Source: Gammaproteobacteria bacterium
GTDB lineage: Bacteria > Pseudomonadota > Gammaproteobacteria > Magnimaribacterales > D2472
DNA length: 64,000 nt
Reading direction: 5' to 3'
Assembly: GCA_045563715.1 (NCBI GenBank)
Contig: JBJLIP010000001.1
Location: forward strand, 129,131-193,130
Below are positions 9,818 to 18,862 of the stretch, piece after piece; position 1 is the stretch's first letter; each line of letters starts with the position of its first letter. The position numbers and the translations under genes were made by a program. The notes beneath the pieces are model-generated. The model searched no databases, was not told the origin of the DNA, and saw only the letters and a list, made by a program, of their open reading frames with translations.

Positions 9818-11265
9818 CTATAAGATATAAAACAATAAAACAAATGAAAAAAATGATATCTGATAAGGAGGTATCAAATAAAGAAATTGTTCAAGAAATC
9901 TATAGATTAATTAATGAAAATTCACATCTAAATGCATTTGTAACTCTCAACGAAGCTAATTCTTTAAAAAAAGCAGAATTATTAGATAGCAACTCATCAG
10001 ATTTATCTTTAGCTGGTATACCAATTGCTCAAAAAGATCTATTTTGTACAAAAGGACTAAGAACTACATGTGGTTCTAAAATTCTAGAAAATTTTATTCC
10101 ACCATATTCAGCAACTGTTATTGAGAACCTAGAAAATGCAGGGTGTATATCTGTTGGTAAAACTAATATGGATGAGTTCGCGATGGGATCATCTAATGAA
10201 ACCAGTTATTTTGGTAATGTTGAAAATCCATGGGGGGATAAATTGGTGCCTGGAGGAAGTTCAGGAGGCTCTGCTGCTGTTGTTGCAGCAGGTATTGTTC
10301 CAGCTGCATCTGGAACAGATACTGGAGGATCTATAAGGCAACCAGCTTCTCTATGCGGAATAACAGGTCTTAAGCCTACATATGGAAGAATATCAAGATG
10401 GGGTATGATTGCGTTTGCATCTAGCCTAGACCAAGCTGGTCCAATGGCCAGAACTGCAGAAGATTGTGCATTGCTTCTTAACGAAATGTGTTCACATGAT
10501 CGAAAAGATACAACTTCCTTAGATGAAAGTATTCCGAATTTTGAAGATAATTTAAATCTATCATTAAAAGGTAAAAAAATTGGGGTTGTAAAAGATCTTG
10601 ATTTATCCAGCCTAGATGATGATGTGGTAAGTGTTTACGAGAGCTCTTTGCAAGAATTCGTTTCGCTTGGAGCAGAATTAGTTGAAATTTCTTTACCAAA
10701 TCTTTCTTTATCTGTTCCTACTTACTATGTTGTAGCGCCAGCAGAATGTTCATCAAATTTGTCTAGATTTGATGGGGTTAAATTTGGAAGAAGATCTGAA
10801 AATCCAAAAGATTTAGAAGAACTTTATATTCAAACAAGATCCGAAGGTTTTGGTGATGAGGTTAAAAGAAGAATTTTAATTGGATCTTATGTGCTCTCTG
10901 CAGGGTATTATGATGCTTATTACAAAAAAGCCCAACAAGTGAGAAGACTTATAAAAAAGGATTTTGATGAGGCGTTTTGTGTTGTTGATGTAATTATGAC
11001 GCCAACAACAAGAGGTCCTGCATTTGAAATGGGTTCAAAAGGAAGCGATCCCATACAAATGTATCTTGAAGATTTGTTTACAATTTCTGCAAACCTTGCA
11101 GGTTTACCAGCAATGTCCTTGCCAAATGGAAATATCGAGAATAAACCGATTGGACTTCAAATAATTGGAAATTTTCTTGATGAAAGCTCAATCTTAAATT
11201 TTGGTCACATGTATCAAACCAAGACAAACTGGCATATGTATACGCCTGATGGAGTAATAGAATGA
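9814..11265 (+). CDS. gatA: Glu/Asp-tRNA amidotransferase subunit A
   Basis: 483 aa. Amidase signature (GGSSGGSAAVVAAG...SGTDTGGSIRQPAS). Confidence 0.95.
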   Translation: MTIRYKTIKQMKKMISDKEVSNKEIVQEIYRLINENSHLNAFVTLNEANSLKKAELLDSNSSDLSLAGIPIAQKDLFCTKGLRTTCGSKILENFIPPYSATVIENLENAGCISVGKTNMDEFAMGSSNETSYFGNVENPWGDKLVPGGSSGGSAAVVAAGIVPAASGTDTGGSIRQPASLCGITGLKPTYGRISRWGMIAFASSLDQAGPMARTAEDCALLLNEMCSHDRKDTTSLDESIPNFEDNLNLSLKGKKIGVVKDLDLSSLDDDVVSVYESSLQEFVSLGAELVEISLPNLSLSVPTYYVVAPAECSSNLSRFDGVKFGRRSENPKDLEELYIQTRSEGFGDEVKRRILIGSYVLSAGYYDAYYKKAQQVRRLIKKDFDEAFCVVDVIMTPTTRGPAFEMGSKGSDPIQMYLEDLFTISANLAGLPAMSLPNGNIENKPIGLQIIGNFLDESSILNFGHMYQTKTNWHMYTPDGVIE

Positions 11266-12689
11266 GCTGGGAAACAGTAATTGGTCTTGAGATACATACC
11301 CAACTTTCTACCAAGTCTAAATTGTTTTCAGGTGGTTCTACAGAATTTGGGGCTGAATCAAATACTCATGTTGATCTTGTTGATATGGGATTGCCTGGTG
11401 TTCTTCCTGTAGCTAATAAAGAAGCTTTTTATAAGGCAATTAGATTTGGTCTTGCCACTGGTGCAGAAATTAATCAAATCTCTTCTTTTGATAGAAAAAA
11501 TTACTTTTACCCCGATCTTCCCAAGGGTTATCAAATTACTCAAATGACTAAGCCTATTATTGAGAAAGGCTCAATAAAAATTTTAACCGATGAAGGTGAA
11601 AAAGTTATAAATATTACCAGAGCCCATCTAGAAGAAGATGCAGGTAAATCAATTCATGACTTATTTGAAGGAGAAACAGGAGTAGATCTTAATAGAGCTG
11701 GCACTCCCCTTCTTGAAATTGTTTCTGAACCTGAAATTTCAAATGCTAAAGAAGCTGTTGCTTATTTTAAGGCCATAAAACAACTAGTAACTTTTTTAGA
11801 TATATGTGACGGGAATATGGCACAAGGATCAATGAGGTGTGATGTAAATGTTTCTATTAAAAAAAGTGATGATAAAAAATTAGGAACAAGAGCTGAGTTA
11901 AAGAATATAAATTCTTTTAAATTTATTGAAAAAGCTATCAATTATGAAATAGAGCGTCAAATTAAATTAATTGAGAATGGTGAATCTGTTGTCCAAGAAA
12001 CAAGACTATATGACAGCGATAAAAATGAAACCAGATCAATGAGATCAAAGGAAGAAGCAAATGATTATAGATATTTTCCTTGTCCTGATCTTCTTCCAGT
12101 AGTAATTTCAGATAAAGAGTTACAAGAAATTAAGGACAATCTTCCAGAGCTACCAGAAGAAAAAGAAAATAGATATATATCAGAAATTGGGCTTGACGAA
12201 TCAGAAGCAAAAATTATATCTTCCTCTAAAACAATGGCTAATATGTTTGAAGGAGCTTCAAGCAAAACAGATGATACAAAGCTTGTAGCTAAATGGTTAG
12301 TTGGAGATGTAAGTGCTTTATTAAATAAAGATAATATCGAAATTGACGAATCAAATTTAATACCAGAAAATTTTGGCAAATTAATTGAGAGAATTTCTGA
12401 TAACACTATCTCTGGAAAAATTGCTAAATCAGTTCTTGAAGAGGTTTGGGAAAATGGAACTGATGTTGATGAAATAATTGAAACAAAAGGCCTTGTTCAA
12501 ATTCAAGATGAATCACTGCTTGAAGAAGTAGCTAACAAAGTTGTGGGCTCAAATCCAGACCAAGTTGCCGCATATAAAGGTGGAAAAGATAAGTTATTTG
12601 GTTTCTTCGTAGGACAAGTAATGAAAGAGACTCAAGGAAAAGCTAATCCTAAAAGTGTTAATGAAATTCTAAAAAAAATTCTAAGTTAA
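11262..12689 (+). CDS. gatB: Glu/Asp-tRNA amidotransferase subunit B
   Basis: 475 aa. GatB motifs (WETVIGLEIHTQL, NRAGTPLLEIVSEP, C-terminal YqeY-like domain). 4-nt overlap with gatA. Confidence 0.95.
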   Translation: MSWETVIGLEIHTQLSTKSKLFSGGSTEFGAESNTHVDLVDMGLPGVLPVANKEAFYKAIRFGLATGAEINQISSFDRKNYFYPDLPKGYQITQMTKPIIEKGSIKILTDEGEKVINITRAHLEEDAGKSIHDLFEGETGVDLNRAGTPLLEIVSEPEISNAKEAVAYFKAIKQLVTFLDICDGNMAQGSMRCDVNVSIKKSDDKKLGTRAELKNINSFKFIEKAINYEIERQIKLIENGESVVQETRLYDSDKNETRSMRSKEEANDYRYFPCPDLLPVVISDKELQEIKDNLPELPEEKENRYISEIGLDESEAKIISSSKTMANMFEGASSKTDDTKLVAKWLVGDVSALLNKDNIEIDESNLIPENFGKLIERISDNTISGKIAKSVLEEVWENGTDVDEIIETKGLVQIQDESLLEEVANKVVGSNPDQVAAYKGGKDKLFGFFVGQVMKETQGKANPKSVNEILKKILS

Positions 12690-13147
12690 AGAATAAACAT
12701 ACTAAGAGTCTCAGCTACAAATGCAGGCTTCTCAACACCTTTTATTTCCATTGTTACTTCTGTCTTAGCCAGGTACTGTCCAGGATTTTTTTCAGTTACA
12801 TCAATACACTTCATACGAATTCTAACTTCTGAATTTACTGGTACAGGACTTAGAAATCTTACTTTATCTAATCCATAATTTAATCCCATCTTAGTTCCCT
12901 CAAGGATCATGCCTACTTCTTGTTCAAATGGTATTCCAGCCACTAAAGACAGCGAAAGAAATCCATGAGCAATAGTTGATCCGAATACTGGAGTTGCTTG
13001 TTCAGGATCTACGTGAATAAATTGATGATCCATTGTTGCATCAGCAAATTTATTTATACGTTCCTGATCAATAGTCACCCAATCTGATACACCAACTTCT
13101 GTTCCAAGCACTGAATCAATTTCTGATGGTTTTACAATTTTTAACAT
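12686..13147 (-). CDS. MaoC-like (R)-specific enoyl-CoA hydratase / dehydratase
   Basis: Hot-dog fold motif (DHQFIHVDPEQA...GSTIAHGFLSLSL). I place the start at the ATG at 13147 (MLKIVKPSE), 1 nt after the upstream ligase stop. The longer ORF-track start at 13219 would overlap that gene by 71 nt. Confidence 0.8.
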   Translation of the reverse strand: MLKIVKPSEIDSVLGTEVGVSDWVTIDQERINKFADATMDHQFIHVDPEQATPVFGSTIAHGFLSLSLVAGIPFEQEVGMILEGTKMGLNYGLDKVRFLSPVPVNSEVRIRMKCIDVTEKNPGQYLAKTEVTMEIKGVEKPAFVAETLSMFIL

Positions 13148-13148
13148 A

Positions 13149-14765
13149 CTATTTCTCCATGTAGTGGTTGCTATACTCGTCTCTAAGTTCAAATTTTTGT
13201 AGTTTTCCTGTTGCTCCATGAGGTAATTCTTTTAAGAAGATAATTTCATCTGGTAACCACCATTTTGCAACTCTATCACTTAAAAAGTCGATAATACTTT
13301 CTTTTTCAATAGGTTCGCCAGAATTAGTCACTATAAACAGCATTGGTCTTTCGTCCCATTTTGGATGTGGAATGCCAACAACACAAGCTTCAGCAACTTC
13401 AGGATGTCCAAAAGCGGCATTTTCTAAATCAATTGAACTAATCCATTCGCCTCCTGATTTAATTACATCTTTAGCTCTGTCTTTTATAGTCATATATCCG
13501 TCTTGATCTAACACTGATATGTCTCCAGTATCAAACCAACCCTCAGCATCGACCGCATCCTTATCAGCTTTAAAATATTTCTGGAGAATCCACGGACCTC
13601 TTACCATTAAATGGCCCTGTGACTCACCATCTTTTGGAAGTTCATTACCTTCATCATCCACAACTTTTAATTCAACACCATATATAGGTCTGCCTTGTTT
13701 TAGCTGAATTGCATATTTCTCCTCTTTGGACATAGTTTCCATTGCTTGTGTTGGAACATTTGTAGTGCCCAAAGGGCTCATCTCTGTCATACCCCATGCG
13801 TGGATTACGTTTACATCATGAACTTCATCAAATTCCTGAAGTGTAGCAAGAGATAAAGCTGAGCCTCCTATAATTGTATTTTTTACAGAAGAAAGAATCT
13901 TGTTATTCTCTCTGCAATATGCCAATAATCCCATCCAAATTGTTGGAACACCAAATGCCAGACTGACATCCTCCTGGTCAATCAACTCGTATAAAGGCTC
14001 TCCTTCCATCTGCATACCTGGCATCACCAACTTAAGGCCGTTCATAGGACCAAAATATGGAATACCCCATGCAAGAACATGAAATAAAGGAACTACCATA
14101 AGAATTGAATCATCTGGTTGGATAGTCATTGCTGTTAGAGCTGCTTGAGCATGAAGAACATTTGATTTATGGCTATATAACACTCCCTTGGGATTTCCAG
14201 TTGTGCCTGACGTGTAACATAGTGCGCATGCTGCATCATCATCTAGTACTGGCCATTTATATTCTTCATCACCATCTTTAATGTACTCTTCGTAAGATAT
14301 CGCATTTTTTAATGTGGTTTCAGGCATCTCACCTTCTTCACATAAAACTATGTATTTCTCTACGGTAATTAATTGATCTTGAAGCCCTTCCAATATTGGA
14401 ACAAAGGGAAGTTCCACAAAAATAATTTTATCTTCAGCATGATTAATTATGTAAACTGCTTGCTCTGGGTGCAATCTAAAATTAAGAGTATGAGTTACTG
14501 CACCCATTCCTGAAATTCCATAGTACATTTCAAGATGTCTGTATGTATTTAAAGCTAATGTTGCAACGACATCTCCCTTATTAACCCCATCTTTTTCTAA
14601 AGCTGATGCAAGTTTTCTTGACCTTATGCAAACTTTTTCATAGTTTGATCTGTGAACCTCTCCTGAAACCAATCTGCTTATTATTTCTGTTTTTGGATGT
14701 ATTTCTTTTGCATGCTCAATAATTCCAGCAACATTAGGTGTCCATTTTTGCATATCTCCAATCAT
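13149..14765 (-). CDS. Acyl-CoA synthetase / fatty-acid--CoA ligase (AMP-binding family)
   Basis: 538 aa. AMP-binding signature YTSGTTGNPKGV plus the WFDTGD and KDRAKDVIKSGGEWISS motifs. Confidence 0.85.
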   Translation of the reverse strand: MIGDMQKWTPNVAGIIEHAKEIHPKTEIISRLVSGEVHRSNYEKVCIRSRKLASALEKDGVNKGDVVATLALNTYRHLEMYYGISGMGAVTHTLNFRLHPEQAVYIINHAEDKIIFVELPFVPILEGLQDQLITVEKYIVLCEEGEMPETTLKNAISYEEYIKDGDEEYKWPVLDDDAACALCYTSGTTGNPKGVLYSHKSNVLHAQAALTAMTIQPDDSILMVVPLFHVLAWGIPYFGPMNGLKLVMPGMQMEGEPLYELIDQEDVSLAFGVPTIWMGLLAYCRENNKILSSVKNTIIGGSALSLATLQEFDEVHDVNVIHAWGMTEMSPLGTTNVPTQAMETMSKEEKYAIQLKQGRPIYGVELKVVDDEGNELPKDGESQGHLMVRGPWILQKYFKADKDAVDAEGWFDTGDISVLDQDGYMTIKDRAKDVIKSGGEWISSIDLENAAFGHPEVAEACVVGIPHPKWDERPMLFIVTNSGEPIEKESIIDFLSDRVAKWWLPDEIIFLKELPHGATGKLQKFELRDEYSNHYMEK

Positions 14766-14834
14766 TTTGAATTGCTCCCTTATCTTGTTTGTTATAAATT
14801 ATATAAGAAGCAACATTATTTGATAACAAAAAAT

Positions 14835-15500
14835 ATGAATATAAAAGAAGGTATTGAAAAAAGATTTTCTGTAAGGGCATTCACAGATGAAGTTCCAAGC
14901 ATGGATATAATCAAGGATATATTAAAAATGGCTAATTCTGCGCCATCTGGAGGAAATATTCAGCCATGGAAAGTTTATGTTTTAAATGAAACGTCAAAAT
15001 CCAAGCTGGCAGAAAAAACTCTTCAGAACTTTGATAATGGAGTTCAAGAAGAAATTGAATACGATATTTACCCAAAACCATTAGCAGATGAATATAAAAA
15101 AAGAAGGTATGAATGCGGGGCAGATATGTACAATGCTCTATCAATTGAGAAAGATGATCTAGATTCTAGGTTCAAACAAATTAGAGAAAACTATAACTTT
15201 TTTGGTGCTCCGTTAGGGATGATCATTACTATTGATAGATCTTTTGGGAATAATGGCTGGGGTCATGTTGGAATGTTCTTGGAAAATTTATGGTTGAGTG
15301 CTATTCATCATGGCTTGGGTTTATGTTTACAAGAATCATGGTCCATATATCCAAAAACTGTGAAAGAAGCTATTAAACATCCTGATAACGAAATGGTTTG
15401 GTGTGGTATAGCAATTGGTTATATAGATAAGGATAATCCAATAAATAACTACAGAACCAAAAGAGAAGAATTGGATTCATTTGTAAAATTTATTGTATAA
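14835..15500 (+). CDS. Nitroreductase-family oxidoreductase
   Basis: The family N-terminus (RFSVRAFTDE...ANSAPSGGNIQPW) begins at the ATG at 14835. The ORF-track start at 14697 lies inside and antisense to the ligase gene and is rejected. Confidence 0.8.
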   Translation: MNIKEGIEKRFSVRAFTDEVPSMDIIKDILKMANSAPSGGNIQPWKVYVLNETSKSKLAEKTLQNFDNGVQEEIEYDIYPKPLADEYKKRRYECGADMYNALSIEKDDLDSRFKQIRENYNFFGAPLGMIITIDRSFGNNGWGHVGMFLENLWLSAIHHGLGLCLQESWSIYPKTVKEAIKHPDNEMVWCGIAIGYIDKDNPINNYRTKREELDSFVKFIV

Positions 15501-15506
15501 ATCTTT

Positions 15507-16946
15507 GTGCCTCATTCTATAAATTTTCAAAACACTTATGCTAAAGAGCTTAGTGAAATATGCAAAAAATCTATTCCTGCTGGCTTCATAGAGTCTGAAG
15601 TACTGTTAAAAAACTATAATCTTGCTCAAGAGCTTGGGCTTAATAAGAATTTCATTGATTCAAAAGAATGTTTAACTATTTTTTCTGGCGTTTGTTTGCC
15701 AAAAAGCTCTATGCCAATAGCTCAAGCCTATTCAGGTCATCAATTTGGGCATTTCAGTCCTGAATTAGGAGATGGAAGAGCAATTCTTTTGGGTGAGATC
15801 AACGACCATGATATTCAACTTAAAGGAATTGGGCAGACTCCTTTTTCAAAAAGAGGAGATGGCAAATCTTCTCTTAGTCCAGTCCTAAGAGAATATGTTG
15901 TTAGTGAATTTATGCATTCAATAAAAATTCCTTCGACAAGAGCTCTTCTTGCTATTAAAACTAATGAAAATGTTTTACGTGAAACAGAACAACCTGGTGG
16001 AGTGTTAGCACGTGTTGCCAAAAGTCATATTAGAATTGGTACATTTGAATATGCTAAAGGTAGAGGCTTTGAAACGCTTAAATCGTTGGCCGATTATTCG
16101 ATCAAAAGACATTATCCAGAAGTAAATCAAACCGATAACAAATATTTGAGCTTCTTTGCGGCTGTATGTGACAAACAAGCATCATTAGTTTCAAAATGGA
16201 TGAGTGTTGGCTTTATTCACGGTGTTATGAATACAGACAATATGACAATCTCAGGCGAGACAATTGATTATGGTCCATGTGCTTTTATGAATAAATATGA
16301 TCCAAAAACTGTTTTTAGTTCTATTGATCATGGTGGAAGATATGCTTATCAAAATCAACCTGCCATTCTAGTATGGAATCTTGCCAAATTAGCTGAAACT
16401 CTTATTCCGCTTATAAATCAAGATTCCAAAAAATCGGTCAAGCAATTAACAGAGGTTCTTCAATTAGTGATGCCATCATATCAAGAATATTTTTATAAAG
16501 AATTATCTGAAAAATTAGCTTTAAGTGGAATAAATAATAAGAATATAAAAATAATTGAGGACTATTTAAAAATATTGGAATCTAACTCAATTGACTTTAC
16601 TAAGTCATTTCGAGATCTGTCAAAACTATATTTTAGTAATTTAGAAATCAAAGAGTCTGAATTTTCAGGTGTATCTAATTTTATTGATTGGTATGAAAGG
16701 TGGAAGCAACAATTGGACAAAAATCAAAACCTTGCTAAAAATATGGATAATATTAATCCATGCTATATTCCAAGAAATCATATTCTTGAGGAAGCCCTAA
16801 TAAATGCAATAAATAATAAAAACTCTGGAATAAATAAACTTATAAAAATATTAAATAGCCCCTACAAAGAAATTTCTGATTTCCAAAAATATGCATCCCC
16901 TTCATTAAAACCGGACATCAATTATGTAACTTATTGCGGAACTTAG
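15507..16946 (+). CDS. selO: SelO/YdiU-family protein adenylyltransferase (AMPylase pseudokinase fold)
   Basis: 479 aa with a GTG start. Conserved SelO blocks (YSGHQFGHFSPELGDGRAILLGE; GFIHGVMNTDNMTISGETIDYGPCAFM; C-terminal YIPRNH). Confidence 0.9.
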   Translation: MPHSINFQNTYAKELSEICKKSIPAGFIESEVLLKNYNLAQELGLNKNFIDSKECLTIFSGVCLPKSSMPIAQAYSGHQFGHFSPELGDGRAILLGEINDHDIQLKGIGQTPFSKRGDGKSSLSPVLREYVVSEFMHSIKIPSTRALLAIKTNENVLRETEQPGGVLARVAKSHIRIGTFEYAKGRGFETLKSLADYSIKRHYPEVNQTDNKYLSFFAAVCDKQASLVSKWMSVGFIHGVMNTDNMTISGETIDYGPCAFMNKYDPKTVFSSIDHGGRYAYQNQPAILVWNLAKLAETLIPLINQDSKKSVKQLTEVLQLVMPSYQEYFYKELSEKLALSGINNKNIKIIEDYLKILESNSIDFTKSFRDLSKLYFSNLEIKESEFSGVSNFIDWYERWKQQLDKNQNLAKNMDNINPCYIPRNHILEEALINAINNKNSGINKLIKILNSPYKEISDFQKYASPSLKPDINYVTYCGT

Positions 16947-17770
16947 AGCATTCCAACCGATACTCTAGGATGATTTTGGAAATCTTTTAAAAGTTTAATA
17001 TTTGTGAAACCATTTTCTTCTAAAATATTATTTACTTCTTCAGATTGATTGTAGCCATGCTCTAAAATAAGAATGCCTTTTTCTTTTAAAATATCTTTAG
17101 ATTGGCAAATGATTGTTTTTATATCGCCTAAGCCGTTATTTGATGCTACTAGAGCTTGATAGGGTTCATGTTTTAAATTATTAAGGTGAATGTCTTCTTT
17201 ATTAATGTATGGAGGATTGCTAACAATTACGTCAAAAGAATTTATATCAAAACATGATAACCAGTTTGAATTAATTAAATGAAAATTATCTACCCTTAGA
17301 TTATCTTTATTAATAGAAGCAACATGCAAAGAATCTATGGAGCAATCAGATCCATAAACTTGGAATTGTGGATTCTTTAATGCAATTGACAAGGCAATGC
17401 ACCCAGAACCTGTTCCAGCATCTAAAATGCTAATTTCTCCTGAAAAATTTTGTCTGTGAATATAATCAACAAGTAGCTCTGTTTCTGATCTAGGTATTAA
17501 AACTCTTTGATCAACATAAAATTCTTCTTCGTAAAATTTTGTTGAATTTAGGATGTAGTCTAATGGAATTCCTTCTTTCTTTTTTTCTATAAAATTTTTA
17601 ATTAGTTTTTCTTGATGATTTGTTAGTGTTTTTTCTTTGTTAACAAATATATCTCTATCATGAAAATGTAATTTTTCTTTAAGATAAAAAATAAACTCAT
17701 CTTTTACGTCTGTATTAGCCATAAAGACCTTGCCTATAATATTATTATAATGAATTAAATTTTTAGACAA
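16943..17770 (-). CDS. prmC: Release-factor glutamine N5-methyltransferase
   Basis: 275 aa. SAM-binding DAGTGSGCIA and catalytic NPPY (VSNPPYI). Downstream of prfA. The TTG start at 17770 gives an E. coli-like length; the ATG at 17722 is an alternative. Confidence 0.88.
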   Translation of the reverse strand: MSKNLIHYNNIIGKVFMANTDVKDEFIFYLKEKLHFHDRDIFVNKEKTLTNHQEKLIKNFIEKKKEGIPLDYILNSTKFYEEEFYVDQRVLIPRSETELLVDYIHRQNFSGEISILDAGTGSGCIALSIALKNPQFQVYGSDCSIDSLHVASINKDNLRVDNFHLINSNWLSCFDINSFDVIVSNPPYINKEDIHLNNLKHEPYQALVASNNGLGDIKTIICQSKDILKEKGILILEHGYNQSEEVNNILEENGFTNIKLLKDFQNHPRVSVGML

Positions 17771-18862
17771 TTATTCTGATTCAAGTTGTGAAAGCATAGC
17801 TAGTTGATTCTCAGCCAACAAGGCATCGCATATAGTTTTTATATCACCGTCCATAATCTGATCCAGGTTATGTTGCGTTAGTTTAATTCTGTGATCAGTC
17901 ATTCTACCCTGAGGGAAATTATATGTTCTAATTTTCTCACTTCTATCGCCAGTACCAACTAAGATTTTTCTCTCGCTTGCAATGCTCTCTTGTTGATTTT
18001 CTATTTCTTGTTGTTTTAGTTTTGCTGCTAACAAGGACAAGGCCTTGTCTTTATTTTTATGTTGTGATCTCCCGTCTTGGCATTCAACAACTATTCCGGT
18101 TGGTATGTGTGTTAATCGAACAGCAGAATCTGTTTTATTAACATGCTGCCCTCCAGCACCCGATGCTCTAAATGTGTCTACCCTTAGATCATTCTTATCA
18201 ATATTGATATCTTGCACCTCTTCAACTTCAGGTAAGATTGCTACAGTACAGGTTGAAGTATGAATTCTTCCTTGAGACTCTGTTTCAGGAACTCTCTGAA
18301 CCCTGTGAACACCCGATTCAAATTTTAAAACCTTAAAAACGCTTTTTCCCACAAGTTTTGCAACAACTTCTTTTAGGCCACCCTGTTCAGATTGTTTGAT
18401 ACCAATAACCTCCATATTCCAACCTTCTCTTTCTGAAAGCCTTGAATACATTCTAAAAAGATCGCCAGCAAAAATACTAGCCTCATCACCTCCTGCACCC
18501 GCTCTTATTTCAAGATAAGCGGATCCATCATCTGCTGAGTCTTTTGGTAACAACATTAATTTTAACTCTTTCTCGAGTTTCTCAGGCTTATCCTCAGCTT
18601 CTTTGATTTCTTCTTCTGCTAAAGTCTTTAAATCTTTGTCGCCCAATTCAATAATCTCATTAGCATCTGAAATGCTCTTTATTACTTGATTATATTCTTC
18701 AAACTTTTCAACAATTGGTTTTAATTCAGCAAATTCTTTATTTAATAGAGTATATTTCTCAATATCTTTAACAGTCTCAGAATCGACTAGCAAGGATTCT
18801 ATTTCATTAATTCTGTTTTGGAGCTGGTCAAGCTTATTAAGCATAGAATTATGCATTTTCAA
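17771..18862 (-). CDS. prfA: Peptide chain release factor 1
   Basis: 363 aa. PxT-type decoding region and GGQ motif (SGAGGQHVNKTDSAVR). The start is ambiguous between 18862, 18856 and 18844, and the first two overlap the hemA 3' end. Confidence 0.95.
   Translation of the reverse strand: MKMHNSMLNKLDQLQNRINEIESLLVDSETVKDIEKYTLLNKEFAELKPIVEKFEEYNQVIKSISDANEIIELGDKDLKTLAEEEIKEAEDKPEKLEKELKLMLLPKDSADDGSAYLEIRAGAGGDEASIFAGDLFRMYSRLSEREGWNMEVIGIKQSEQGGLKEVVAKLVGKSVFKVLKFESGVHRVQRVPETESQGRIHTSTCTVAILPEVEEVQDINIDKNDLRVDTFRASGAGGQHVNKTDSAVRLTHIPTGIVVECQDGRSQHKNKDKALSLLAAKLKQQEIENQQESIASERKILVGTGDRSEKIRTYNFPQGRMTDHRIKLTQHNLDQIMDGDIKTICDALLAENQLAMLSQLESE

Noticed and set aside
14697-14834. ORF-track N-terminal extensions of the nitroreductase (14697) and, likewise, of greA (39274), the MaoC-like gene (13219) and the ElaA-like gene (57629).
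   Set aside because: The extensions overlap neighbouring well-supported genes by tens of nucleotides and add residues with no counterpart in the families. Internal ATGs at 14835, 39184, 13147 and 57599 give family-typical N-termini.
17771-18862. A programmed +1 frameshift site, as in release factor genes.
   Set aside because: The gene is prfA (RF1-type sequence in a single uninterrupted frame). The autoregulatory frameshift is a feature of prfB, which is not in this window.
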